A stretch of DNA of 64,000 nt from Catajapyx aquilonaris (Eukaryota), in assembly GCA_000934665.2 (NCBI GenBank), contig KZ539116.1, forward strand, positions 1-64,000. Reading direction: 5' to 3'. The translations under genes and the position numbers were made by a program. This document shows positions 1 through 12,852 of this stretch, one piece after another. The notes under the pieces were generated by a model. The model was not told where the DNA came from. It worked only from the letters and a program-made list of their open reading frames with translations, and did no database searches. Position 1 is the stretch's first letter, and every line of letters begins with the position of its first letter.

Positions 1-921
1 TGGATAGGCCTGAGGAACATGGACACCTCATGAGGTGTACAATATCATTTCTTCCTGGAAAAATTGAAGTGTGGTCCTGGGATCAAGCTGAGTAACCCGA
101 TGATTGTTTTTCATTATATACAGTATATGAATCCATATCAACCTTGGGTTCCACCCTGACTTGCTCTCGACCTGGAGTTTCTCAACCCTGTCATTATGAT
201 TGTGGACCTCGGAGTAACTGGGCAAAATTAACTGCTTAATAATAAGCCACTTATACCAAAAATTGCTAACAATACTTCAGTTGGAACAGACTCTAGAGCT
301 GGAATGACAACTACTCTCATGCCCTATAGTACATTATGTCTAGCTGTGACAGGAGAACTCAAGTTATTTTGACCCCGGAAATAATGCAGTATTATTGCAG
401 ACAAAACTCCTAGTCAACAATCCTTCCTGTCTTCTGATAATACTTGACTGGAGCCTTTTGTGGCATTTTTTTAAAGCAAATTTTTTAGTAAATTTAACAC
501 ACTTATATGAGACTCACATGATCCCAATGGCTGTAAAAATATCTGCGCTTTCCACCAATACCAATCTTATGTTTGTATCTTTACATAAATCTCAGAAAGG
601 ATGTGAAATGCAATGGAGTGGGGGAGGTGGAGTGGTGTTGCAGTAATGTATGCACCAACATGTAGAGAGGTCATGCAGTGTTGGGTTCACCTTGGGTGGG
701 ATTTCCGCTAGACTAACCACCAGGGGGCAAAAGCACAAAATGACTGAGACTGACATTGTACTTGCACCTTGCATCGCCCCTCCCAGTCACCTTAACCTGC
801 ATGTGCATTTTGCTAAAAAAGCTCCAATATGTATATCATGACCAAATAATAAAGGTTCACAAGACAAACTCCTGCAAGGGGTCAAAGCACTACTCACATT
901 GTTGTTGTTATTATAATAATA

Positions 922-922
<1 letters not shown>

Positions 923-977
<55 letters not shown>
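923..977. repeat. (TTA)n microsatellite
   Basis: Direct reading of the sequence. Confidence 0.95.
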
Positions 978-979
<2 letters not shown>

Positions 980-2739
980 GGAATGGAATTTGACGCCAAT
1001 TTCAGTCTATTAATGGCCACAAGAAATATGCAAGTATTCAGGTCAACAAAAGTTCCACCATTCCTAAGAACCTGGCTTTCTTGTGTATACCATTGTATTA
1101 GGCTTTATCTAAGTGCTTAGAAACAATAACATGAAATACAATGCCCTGAGACAGAGCTCACGGCCATGACCTTGACTTGTCACTGCACTTTTGCATCAGT
1201 GCCCTCCTTGTTGCCTGATTTACACTGTAAACTATTGCTCCCAGTTCTTCCTTGTCTGGTCTACTGAACTGATGCCTATTTTCCAAGTAACAAATAGCAT
1301 GCGTAATTACTATCCACAATAACCAATTCAGGGAGCTCCCGAAATTCATGATTAAATTTTAATGGCTACATTTAATTTCAACTGAAACATTTCCCTTGCA
1401 CTAAAATTATTTCAAACTGAAGTCAGGTGGCCGGTACATCTTAAACCCCACAAAAATAGTTTATGTTCTTTATCAACTTCCAGTTTGGCCAGCAAATTGT
1501 AAATGCCATTTAAAAATTGCATTTCAGGGGCAAGCTAAAAATCAAGTAAGGGACATGTCATGGCACCTCTCCTACAGTGAACCTCCAACCCTTGGGTGAA
1601 AAGCAAACTTCTTCTAAGTTCTTTGCTGGAACTGTCCCTGTCCTTAGTCTCCTTACAAAAGATAGCTTACCCCAAAAAAAACACACACACACTGGTGCTA
1701 CATGAATGGAAAACTCTTGAAGCTTACAGCATTCCTAATGCAACAGCTCCAAGATCCACACAAGCAAATTCCTGACCAAATGAGGTTAGCTTGGTGTTAT
1801 AATGGGATTTTTGTTGCTGGTGTTATTATGGTTAATATCACTACTATTACAACTACTATCACCAACCTGACAATTTTAACCACATTTCCTGTGTATGGGA
1901 CAATGCAAGCTTGATCATCTCACTTGATTCCGACTGGTCCTCCTTTTCCTCCATCTTGCAATACTGAAAAATTGAGGAAAAAATCTTGAAATTCTGGTGA
2001 CATTAATATTAATACTAATAGTAATGATCAATTATTAAATTGGTGAAACTTCTACAACACATATCTCCAGGGGACCAGAAAAAACCCAAGACCCACAGAA
2101 GATTCAAATGAGAGAAGTTGGAAACCAAAATTGCTTTGCAAAACTTTACAACGATATTAACTTTTACTTCCACATAGTTTAATGTTTTAAAAATACTTGA
2201 TTCCTGTAATGTTTACATCACTTTAAACTTTGGCAAGAAAAGTATGTTGTAAACTCCTCGCGACATGTGGTACAATTGTTCTGAATTCTATTGGTCCTAG
2301 AGCTGAAAAAACAGCACTTGGCCCTCCCATTCATGGTTTAATCCTAGATTTTGGTTTGTCTAGAAGTGTAATGAAAAAACATATCCCAACCTGGCCAAAT
2401 CGTCACCAATAAGGGACTAAAAAATTCATATGCAGCCCCAATGTGCAGCAGAACTGACATACCACTCACGAGGTGAATCTATTATTGACTGTAGGGGAGG
2501 GAGGGCATTGCAGCTTCCTTATCACAGATTCCAGCCCTGCATACCAAACTCAACACCCCCACCTCTCTGGCTGATCCCTTCCTCCCCAATCAAGAATAAA
2601 AATTGCCTAGTGGAGGGCATGTCAGTTCAGCTACCTGTTGGGCCAGTCAAAAGTTCTGTAAATAAAAATGTGTCATTGGTGAGAAATCCACTAGATCCAA
2701 CTTTGTTTTGAGTTATTTACACCACTAAGTAGCATTTTA

Positions 2740-2919
2740 GGGGAGGTGTGGTGGCCGTGATGGTAACGTCACGGCTTGCTGTAATTCCCTATCCCTTCCC
2801 CATGTCCTTTCATCCTTGCACCGGAGTGAAGAAGAAAAAATAGAAAATTGAAGCAAATGGTGGTATCCCACCCCCCTAAAAGGGCCCATGGCCCTAGCAC
2901 GAGGTAAAAAAAAAAAAAG
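2740..2919 (+). mobile_element. tRNA-derived SINE, internally deleted, with poly(A) tail
   Basis: A-box-like tggccgtgatgg and a poly(A) tail. 11-bp TSD gtagcatttta at 2729-2739 and 2920-2930. The 3' motif cccctaaaagggc is shared with the SINE at 9655. Confidence 0.7.
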
Positions 2920-3490
2920 GTAGCATTTTATATGCCCTATCCCCTGTGAAGTCCATTTAGGGCCAGTTGAACATTAATGAAACGTTCACTATGGAGTTAG
3001 TTTATATGAAAATAACACGTAACTCTGTAGCTAACCCTAACTCATGTTCATACAACTGGCCCTTAGTCCTAAAGATTCATAATGACCCAGTAAGCCAGGA
3101 TTTTCTGGCTTTACTAGCATGTAAGCAATTGCAAGGTCAAATCTTTGTCTTCAGTTATCTCAAAACTGGTTTATTGGGCTTAGTGTGTTTTACTTGTATT
3201 CCGACAACATAAATGATTGCCAGCAGTTCGAATTGTGGGGGACTTGATATAGCAGTTCAAATTCAGGAAGTTCAATGTACTTTATCTTGTGACCAACCAA
3301 TGTTCATTACAAAATTGGTTGGTACTGGGGAGGATTTCCTTTGTACTATAAACTATAATATAAATCAAATATTTTCTCTTTTTTTCTCTTGTAGTAGCGA
3401 ATTTGAAGTTCTGTGACATTGTATTATAACATTGTGGTATATGTGAATGTAAACATTGGTTGGGAAGTCTTACTCGGCAAAGCCCTAGGG

Positions 3491-3748
3491 CAGTGGTTCC
3501 CAAACTATGGGCCGCGAGGCTCCTCCAAGTGGGCCGCGAGCTTTATTTTTTTTTTAACTATGAAATAATGATCTTGCGAAATGAGGAGCAAGAGCACAGT
3601 ACGTAAAAAAAATACATATATTGTGTAGCATGATTTTTGCAGCTCTCAATAAGGGAGGTGACGAGGTGTAAATGGCTCATTAGGTGGGCCGCGAGATATT
3701 TTCCCTATCTGATGCGGGCCGTGACCAAAAAATGTTTGGGAACCACTG
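3491..3748. mobile_element. hAT (Charlie-like) MITE
   Basis: TIR cagtggttcccaaac...gtttgggaaccactg. Perfect 8-bp TSD ccctaggg. Internal gggccgcga repeats. Confidence 0.9.
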
Positions 3749-3898
3749 CCCTAGGGAGAATGGAGAATAAATATATTACTATTATTTTTTTAAACTATGT
3801 AATATAAATCTCTTCAGTACAGAAAGGTTTTTTGTGGAACAGCAAATATGAACCAGGAATCTACAGTAATGCAGTTTCAATGTATTTTGTTAATATTA

Positions 3899-4139
3899 TT
3901 TATATAAATATAGCCGTTTGTAATCTATCTGTCTGTCCGCCTGTAATGCCAAACGTCATTTGCCTGCCATCTGTGGTCCGCTTCATACACCTCCAACTTC
4001 TCCCGTCCTTCCGAGTTCCGACCCGGCCTTCTTAAAAGTGTCACAGCGGCTCTCTGTGCGTGAAAATTTTGACGGGGCTACAGGTAGGTGTTTTCCCGTC
4101 ATTCATTTCTTCCCGGGCAACGCCGGGTGCTGCAGCTAG
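3899..4139 (+). mobile_element. Non-autonomous Helitron-like element, copy 1
   Basis: 3' hairpin cccgggcaacgccggg followed by CTAG, sitting between A and T. Homologous to 6126-6385. Confidence 0.8.
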
Positions 4140-4361
4140 TTATTAAATATATGTATGTGGTACATGCTTAGCAGCTACAATAAAATTACAACCACTATTT
4201 ATGACCTTGGTCACATATTACCTATATCAATATGAATATCTATAATTATGCCAATATTACCAACAATGTAGCGGGGTAATTTAAATTATTGGACTTGATT
4301 TATGGGGATCCTGCATAAATCATGTAATTGGCTTTAAAAATGAACCAAGTAAACATTGTAA

Positions 4362-4959
4362 AGGATCCCTCCTGGATTGACTTTGTGGTGTACCACAATA
4401 ATTTTTAGTGGCCATTGTTCCTAAAACTATTAGATGAAAAAATGAAACTCAGTTTTTAAATATCTGTTCATATGAAAATCTGAACTCGAAAGTTGAGAAT
4501 TTGCAAATATTTCGCGATTTAAAATAGCCCCAGTAGGAACTAGGAACATGCCAAAATTTTAATTTTAATGACAATGGCAGATGACGGCCAATTTTTTTAG
4601 CTGCATGCTGTTCACTAAAACATATTTAATAAAATAAATGTTCCCGCATATATCCCAGTATATTGTGCATATGCACATTTTAATTTCCTTAAAATCAGAC
4701 CTAGCGAACAATATGTGTCTTTAAAAAAAATTCTGTCATCTGCCATTGTCATAAAATTAAGACAAAAATTCTGGCTAGGTCCCAGTGCCTTCTGTGGCCA
4801 AAAAATAGTAAATTCTCCACTTTCAAGCTGAGATTTTCACTTATTAGAGAACAGATCATATTTAAAAACTGAGATTCTCTTTCCATACACCATTATTAGG
4901 AACAATTTCCACTAAAAATTACCATGGTAAACTCCAAAATCAATACCAAAAGGGATCCT
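4362..4959. mobile_element. Degenerate foldback-type MITE with long imperfect inverted arms
   Basis: Ends aggatccct...agggatcct. Inverted internal pairs atttttagtgg/ccactaaaaat and atgacaatggcagatgac/gtcatctgccattgtcat. Related to 23895-24298. Confidence 0.75.
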
Positions 4960-6125
4960 ACCTCTTTTGCACCCACATGTTCTGTAGATACTAATTATGA
5001 CTAGCTGAAGCTAAATTTTCAGTAGGTAATATAGCAAAATACATTTTGCTACTCAATAAGTTTGAAATACCGCATAATTAATCTCTCTTCAAGTTACTTC
5101 CATTGCATAATTCAGTACTAGAATATCAACGGACTGACTAGCATTGGTTCTTATGGCATCATCATGGCACTGTTCGTCATTCACAAAGACCGATAGGTCA
5201 GCCACTCCTCCTTGAAACATAACCTGATTACAATTATCATGACTGCATGTGACGATTTTCCAATAGTAAGCAACAGAGCCCACTCAGGATTGTATGTGAT
5301 TGCACGACAAAGTGTACACCTGATATTCATGTGACCAACCCCTCACTTCAAGCGTACATTAACGACACATTGTGTGAGAGCTTGACGCATGCAAGTACCT
5401 CCCAGGTTTAAAGAATAACGCAGGGAGCCTTGACTACACCCTATGAACCAATATCCCAGCTTTGCCTGACACCATGTAGCCAGATCTCACCTTCTGTCAG
5501 GTGCACCTTTCAACATAATTCATTCACTATCACAACATCACACCCACCCTACTCTCCATTGTGTGGATATACTTACGTTCTAATCTATGACGCACTGCAC
5601 TTAAATTCAGATTCAGTGTTATTCCAAAATAAGGGATGGCTGTGGCCTCGCAATACTTTAGGCCGGCTTTGTCCGATCGTCTCGACACCCGGCACACATC
5701 TGGTGGCCTGCCAGAAGCAGACTGCCAGGCATTACGCTCGGGTTAAAGTACTTGATGTGCCATCCGCTCTTTTCACACGCCTCACACTCCCCTAGAGATA
5801 GATAGGGGGAGGAGTTTAAAAAAAAAAAAAAATACAGACGGCTCAGTAGCATAGCCGCTCGTAATAACTGCTATATGTAGCTGCGATTTGTAGCAAGTGC
5901 AGATATGGCGGGATGTTCAGTTTTGAGTTTTAACTTGATGTACACCACATTTTTTTGATAACCATCATTACTATATTGATAAATAGGAATACTTTTGAAA
6001 AAAGGTGTACCAAGACTAGCTACATTTTCAAAGTCTTAAAATTACAATATTGTGTTTTAGTGGAATGCTCTGTTATTTCGAACATGATTGATGATTGCAC
6101 CTACAGTATATGCCTGCTGTAATAA

Positions 6126-6385
6126 TCTATATAAATAAAGCCGTTTGTGAGTCTGTCAGTCTGTCCGCCCACCAATACCATCTGCGGTCGTACTCTAACA
6201 CCTACAGCCTCTCCCGCCTGTATAACGCCAACCTGCCATCTGTCGTCCACCCAAACACCTCCCACCTCTACCGTCCTTCCTAAAAGTGCCAGGGCGGCTC
6301 TCTGTGCGTGAAAATTTTGACTGGGCTAGGTAGGTGTTATCCCTTCATTCATTTCTTCCTGGGCAACGCCCGGTGCCGCAGCTAG
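6126..6385 (+). mobile_element. Non-autonomous Helitron-like element, copy 2
   Basis: A|TC 5' end; 3' subterminal hairpin gggcaacgccc plus CTAG|T. No TSD. Confidence 0.82.
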
Positions 6386-6441
6386 TAGAAAATATTGGTG
6401 GATTATCTTCATAGCCTGTCACGTGTGACCCAAATCATTAA

Positions 6442-6855
6442 AGGGACACTCCACTCAAAAAACAAGTTTGGCTCTAAAAATCGGGCAAAAAATCCTGAAT
6501 CCGACGGTGCAATTCGTTTTTCGCTACGCGGAACGGTAATCCCAGGGCGAGGTGTCAAAGTGTGCCGTCTGCTAATGAGCGGCGCCGCCACGTGGGGAAC
6601 AGGGGAACTGGAGGACTGCACCGCTCTGGGATTGGCCTAAGCGCGCGGGCAGGTGGGAGCAGCCCTCCAGTTCCCAAGGTCCCGAGGGCTTCGCTGGCGG
6701 ACGGCCAGCTTTTAGCGCACTATTTGAATTTCCCCACTTTGACCCCTCGCCCTGGGATTGCCGTTCCGCGTAGCGAAAAACGGATTGCACCTTCGGATTC
6801 AGAATTTTTTGCCCGATTTTTAGAGACAAACATGTTGTTTGAGTGGAGTGTCCCT
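6442..6855. mobile_element. TTAA-flanked MITE with ~120-bp TIRs (Kolobok/T2-like AGGG termini)
   Basis: ttaa|agggacactccactcaaa...tttgagtggagtgtccct|ttaa, with highly similar inverted arms. Confidence 0.88.
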
Positions 6856-6989
6856 TTAACGCAACATTTTCTTGGTAGGGCGCTGATTAAGCACTACGGT
6901 CAATGCCTGACTACTGGTTCTGGACCACGACGCAATGCCTTTTTGCCACGATGGGCACAAAGAGATCATTAGGCCTACTCGAAAAGGCT

Positions 6990-8031
6990 TAGGGTGACCC
7001 ATACAGTGATGACCCACTGCGCCTTGGTTCTTTAAGAAATAGGCCGTGGAAATGCCATAACATGAAGAAATGATCATGGTGTGACACCTATGGTCCCTGG
7101 CATTAACTATAGGTCGAAAAGCAGTCCACAGTGGGCGTTGTAAGAGCAGTAATGGCATCTGACGCAGACACCTACTGGCCATGTTGGAATGCAGCTGGTA
7201 AATGTTAACTTTTTTCTTAAGGACTTTCTTGCATTGTATACGGTAAGTATGTTTGTGGTCTCAGAAATATCCCAAAAGCCATGTGAGGTTTATGAAATTA
7301 TTGGTCTAGAAGTGCTTTATTGAAGCATGGGATTTAAACGAGTCTCTTGTTCAGGAGTATTGATTCATTAGGATGGCTATAACTGTCCAGCATCTAATGA
7401 CGTTTCATATTGATGGCCATGCCATGGCCATTACTGTGTTGAGTATTAAAAAACTGAATTCCACATATGTTGGCCTAAGTATCATGATCACGAGAGTTAT
7501 TCTTGGAGAGAAATGACAGCAATGATTTAGGAGGAATACGCAGCAATAGCAAATCCATAGGCGTATCTTATATTGTGTAACGGCCAAAGCCTATTCTTGA
7601 ACTGGACGAATACTTGCAAAATAAAAGAATCAATCATATGTCCTCACAACCTGTATAATTATGCTGTTGTGTGGGTTTACCTCATATCAGTTGTTAATCC
7701 TACCTTCCTAATACCGATGGGGTCCCTACTTTGGTCCCCACTGTAGATAGCCTATTGTTTTGCTGCCATGGCCATCACTGTCTTGACACCTGGCCATTAC
7801 TATCTGTATGGGTAGCCATTACTGTCTTTTAGGTAGCATATTTTGTGCATTTAAATACACTATATGCACACATTCTGACAGATCTGAGTGAATTTGATGC
7901 AGGGTGAATGGGGACAATCTCAGTTATTAGAAAAATATTTTAGAGCATCTACTTGGAAAGAAAAGGAGAGGATATTCATGTATTACGGAGACCAATACAC
8001 TAAACTGGCCATCACTGTATGGTTCACCCTA
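6990..8031. mobile_element. Old DNA transposon remnant with TAGGGTG termini (hAT-like)
   Basis: TIR tagggtgacccatacagtgatg / catcactgtatggttcacccta. Repeated subterminal ggccat(c/t)actgt motifs. No intact TSD. Confidence 0.6.
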
Positions 8032-8922
8032 TGCATATTCTACGAGTGGGCAGAATTGAAAATTCACAAGCTATTATTATAGAGTATAGCCTTCCTGCCT
8101 GAGGAAATCCCTACCATGATAGTGTTCAGGTGTATTCTCCTGGTCATTGCATAAAATTAGTAGTACAGTATACACTATTTGTGATCCAGTCATCCTCATT
8201 TTCATTTTATTACTATAGGCACAGTTGCTTCATCAAAAGGTTGGAAAGTTCTGTATGCTTCAGTTGTGCCATATTATGATAGCTTTTACATCTAATGTGC
8301 TGCTCAAGATTTGTTGATGGAGATATAGCGACAATGGCTCTAAGCTGATAATGTAATTCAAATAACACCATCAATGACTTGAAGTCAGGTTTCCAAAACG
8401 ATATTTAAAATAAAAATAAAAAGTATAGTACTGTCACAGTCCTGCCTGCACCAAATCTTATCGAATAACTTATCATTAACCCATTTGGATAAGGAGTGTA
8501 GTTAATGCAATAATTATGTTGGGTATTTGGTTGTTTTTTGACCCATATGAATATATTTTGCGTGATAGTGATTGCATAACAAATATTAACATACGATTAA
8601 CTTGGCGATGGAGTCGAAATCACCAAAATAAACGAGGCTACGATAATTATTTCGTCTTGGGATAATTATAACAACGAACCTACTACGATATACACATAGG
8701 AGCAGTCTGTGAATGGACACGCTTCCCTTTGGGCGATTAAATGCGAGGGGACCCTGGAAATGGAATGCTAGGTGAGAATCTGCAACGATCTGCAATAAGG
8801 AAGCGGGAGAAATCGCCTGGAGGGGACAGTGTCAGTTCACAGACTCCGGTAACTGTGGGGTAAATCCGAGAGGAAGTGCGCACCTTTTGCAACAACCTGC
8901 ATATTTCAGCACGTTGGAATTA

Positions 8923-9518
8923 CAGGGGTTGGACAGAATATAGGTCCCCCTGCGAAAAGCGGTTGAATATTTCCGTCTGTCGAATATTCGTCCCACTGCT
9001 AGTTACTGCTAACTTAACAGTACCAGTAAAATATGGTACTGCTAAGTTAGTAGTAACTATAGCAGTGGGACGAAAATTCGACCCAAACTTACCATACCTT
9101 ATTTTGTCCAACCTCTTCTCGGATTTAGTGCTGGGTGAAGGGGGGGGGGGTGCCGTTTCTATTTTCCCCCCCCGCCCCCTGCCGGTAATTTTGGTACATC
9201 TCTATACCACACAAAGTAACATCAATAGAGCTTCAAACCCAGTCAAGTTAATATCATTCTGTATAACTGTTTTCGTTTTCAAATGAAAAGGGTGGGATAC
9301 TTTGGTCAAAATTGGGGCCTGGGGGAGTATCGTTCGTCTTTTGTTTCTCTCCCCTTCTCGTGATTTTTGCGTCATCTGCATAACTCGATAAATGTACATG
9401 GAGAGACCTTCAAAACTAGGTAAAAGTCATCTTTGTAACTTTTCTAGTTTTCGAATAAAACAGACGCAAATATTCAAGTGCTTTTTGCAGGGGGCCTTAT
9501 TATTCTGTCCAACCCATG
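8923..9518. mobile_element. Tc1/mariner-type MITE containing an internal palindrome
   Basis: TA|caggggttggacagaata.taggtccccctgcgaaaag ... ctttttgcagggggccttattattctgtccaacccatg|TA. Confidence 0.78.
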
Positions 9519-9654
9519 TAGTAGCCTATTTACTGTTGAGTTGGCGATCGTAATGGAAATAAGACAGTATACTGTATATTATATAAAAAAATAACGAAAT
9601 AAAACAGGACTCCTTCACTGACATTATTATAACAATATAATTATATCCTTTAGA

Positions 9655-9853
9655 GGGGCATGGTGGTCTAGTGGCTATGCTACTGGCCAGCCAAGCGGGA
9701 GGTCCGGGGTTCAAATCCCGTCCCCGTACCTTCGCTTGGTCGGGTCTTTTCCGCTTTTCACCCGACATGGAACCTCCCCCCTCCCCCCCTAAAAGGGCTC
9801 CTGGCCTTATCGCGGGGTATTTTTTTAAACACAAAAACACACACACACACAAA
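9655..9853 (+). mobile_element. tRNA-derived SINE
   Basis: A box tggtctagtgg and B box ggttcaaatcc, with an A/AC-rich tail. Confidence 0.75.
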
Positions 9854-9856
9854 ATA

Positions 9857-10484
9857 CAGTAAAACATCTATAAGTCAAATCTCCATGGGACCGGGAAAAA
9901 ACTTCGAGTTATAGAAGATTCCAGTTAGAGAAGTTTGGAATTTTTTAAGCCCATAACTCTGTAAGGAAGCCTATACCTTTATATCCAGCGACGAAAGGTG
10001 TTCAAAACTTAAAAATAACAACTGTCACTATCACACTTACAATGTTCCTCATTGTTTTGTTGTAAAATAAATCTCGATTATGGACATTTTGCCTACTCTT
10101 ACTTACCGTTAGATTCGAGGATTCAATAATTTTCACAATCGAGTCAAACACTTCTTTCGGTATACGTCTGATAGACTGAGATCTGGAAATTGAGCCTTTC
10201 TGTACATGTGGCCTACTCGCTACTCTCGACCCTTCGGCTGGGAAATGAGAAAATTTCCCTTACTCGTCAACATGAACTTCGACTTAGGGAGACTGAAAAT
10301 GCATTGATATCCCATCGTAAGGCCCTGCCAGCACTTCGAGTTATGGAGAACTTCGAGTTGTAGAAATTCGAGTTAGGGAAGTTTATTTCCTATTATTTTA
10401 CATTGTGACCAACCAAGCTCACCATTTTCTTCGACTTATAGAGAACGTCGACTTGGGGAAGTTCGACTTATAGAAGTTTCACTG
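9857..10484. mobile_element. pogo/Tigger-like MITE (full copy)
   Basis: TA|cagtaaaacatctataagtc...gacttatagaagtttcactg|TA. Repeated ttcga(g/c)tta motifs. Homologous truncated copy at 39570 and a degenerate fragment near 2042-2125. Confidence 0.85.
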
Positions 10485-12852
10485 TATTTCCTTTGAATGC
10501 ATTCAGGCTCTGTTATACACCTTTTATAGATTATTATTGTTCTCCTGCACCATATTTTTTAAAAGTGTACTAGTATAATGCTAGTTTTCTTAGACTGACT
10601 TTAGGCTGGTTTTATAGTGTTCGAATGTAAGCATCCTTTGGACCCCAAAAATGTTAAAAGAATTACCCCTAAAAATCAGCATAATGGAGCATGTTTTTAG
10701 TTGCCAGTGCACAAAACACCATGCCAAATGCAAGATTATTTTGAACCGCGGGACCACATTGTGTAAGCCTGTGTCGAGCACTATCGCCAGCAAGCCGATA
10801 GTAGCTGATATCTTACAAAATCTGGTACGATAAAAAATTGATTTGATCGACAGAGTGTTGTGCCCACTCTACACAGTCATGTCCAGTGTCTAAAGATATG
10901 CGCTACGACCATGCAGTATTATTGATTATGAGAGGAAATTCTTTAAGCATAGTTAAAGGAAAAAAATTTTGCTTACTTTTGAAAGCGTTTTAATATTTCA
11001 CTGCTTGTAATATGCTAAGGAATTCTGTGATTCTTGCTGGTGCTATCAGACACTTTCAGATACTACCACGTGCCCGTTTCTTGAATATTGCCCGTTATCA
11101 TGAAAAATTATTATTTATCATCTTCAAATATAGAATTTTTTAATGAAATTCAAACACTAAGCAAATGCGATTTTGTGCTATTTTCTACACGTCGACTTAT
11201 ACAGTATACAGTAGCCTACACTATATTGACATAATTATATTTTTTAACATGTGGATAACTATTAAGGGAGTTCACTATTTTTACGGAAAAAAACTTTCTA
11301 GAAAAGGTTTTCAGAAAAGAGTTTGTAGCAGGCACTTATCTTCTCGACTTTTATGAGCAAAGCTAGGTCAAATTGACTCACAACTGCAAGTGAGGTAATG
11401 CTGCTCTACTGTACAAGAAGCGATGACCTCCACACGATAATCATACTATTCGTTACGAAACTGCCCTTATAAAGTTGTTGTAATGTTCCACAGCGGAATT
11501 TTTAAAAATGACATCACTGAAGAGTATTTGTCATAATTAGGGACAGAATCAGCCCTTGAATCGGGTACTTCATTCGCAATAATTGCAGCAGTGCGTGTGC
11601 CAGTCAGAACAAGAACAATAAGAGAAGCTTATTCATTATTTTAGAGCCCTGCTCTTGACAGAGGAGGTAACTTTTTGTTTACTTTTTATATGTGGTACAT
11701 TTTTTATTCGTTACCATTGTAGTTACCGCGTCGGGGAAAGTTAACTCCACTGTCCAGACAAGATAAAGCTCATAGTGACCAATGTATAGCAAACCCAGCT
11801 GACTTTGATGAACATTTCCCTGCAATAAATCATTTTAAGCAAGACCTATACTTACCTTACCATGCCAAATAACTTGGCAGTCAGGACAATGGAGTTGGGC
11901 TCCCACAGGCCAAGGTGATCTTAACTGCAAATGGGGCAAGTGAGTATTACCAAGTACAACTGACTTGTGGGTCATTTCATGCTATATGAACTACATTCTG
12001 ACGAATAAGTTTGGATTGGTCATTTCACAAAGTCGGTGAAGTTAGTATCTTTCTATCTTGCTTGCCAGAAGAGATTAGGCTCAGACTTGGTGCTGCGATT
12101 ACAAGTTGAGCTTTATTTTGAAGCCGAGTTCGGTCACAGGGATGACTTCTTACGACACTTGTGGCAAAATGTCCTACCATGCAATACTCTTTATGTCAGA
12201 CGGTCCAGGATAAACCTCCCATACCATATCATGAAGCAAACTCTAATTATTGGAGGGTTGACTGCGAAAAGGATATTTTTAAATGGAATATGGAGGTAAT
12301 GCCACTTTCTGATAGTTCAGGGCATCCACCTTCATTTGGGAATATAGTTTCCTAGAAAAAGGGGGGAAGGATCACTATATAAAAACACAAGACAAAACAA
12401 TTTCAGTCACCTACATAGGGTTATGGTTACCTCTAGATGATGTCACTGACCTTGGTCATTTTCGCTATCAACCCCCAATTAACAACGACAAAACAAGGCC
12501 ATAAAATGGTATCATTGATTAATATTAATTATACGCCCACCTAGATTAATACAATTATGAATCCAGTCATTGCAAAAGCGACATTTGGATTTCATTGGCG
12601 ATTTAAAATGACCATGTCGTTACGGAATGAGTTGCTTATCGTGGACCAGTGTCTCTCGTTACCATCCATGAATAAATTGTCCCAAGTTTGTGCATCTTTG
12701 CTACAAACGCGATAAGTTAAATCTGAAACCAACTGGAAAATAAACTGGTACATGACACTGACGGTGTGCAACCGATCATCACTTGTCCCGAGTGAAACAA
12801 ACTGCTGGACGATTTTCCTCCCGCATCGGAGCCCAAATACAGATAGGAAGAG

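Noticed and set aside
756..1020. Poly-Y/poly-N ORFs (similar cases at 23691, 36892-37511, 58685-58961)
   Set aside because: Translations of trinucleotide microsatellites.
1158..1349. 63-aa minus-strand ORF with protein-like composition
   Set aside because: No recognisable family and no consistent flanking exons. It could be a decayed TE fragment; BLASTX would be needed.
6395..6972. Overlapping ORFs on both strands with repeated peptide text
   Set aside because: Artefact of the GC-rich inverted-repeat MITE.
10255..10480. Regularly recurring ttcga(g/c)tta repeats suggesting a CRISPR-like array
   Set aside because: The repeats are short and irregularly spaced, lie inside a TA-flanked MITE, and the context is eukaryotic with no cas genes.
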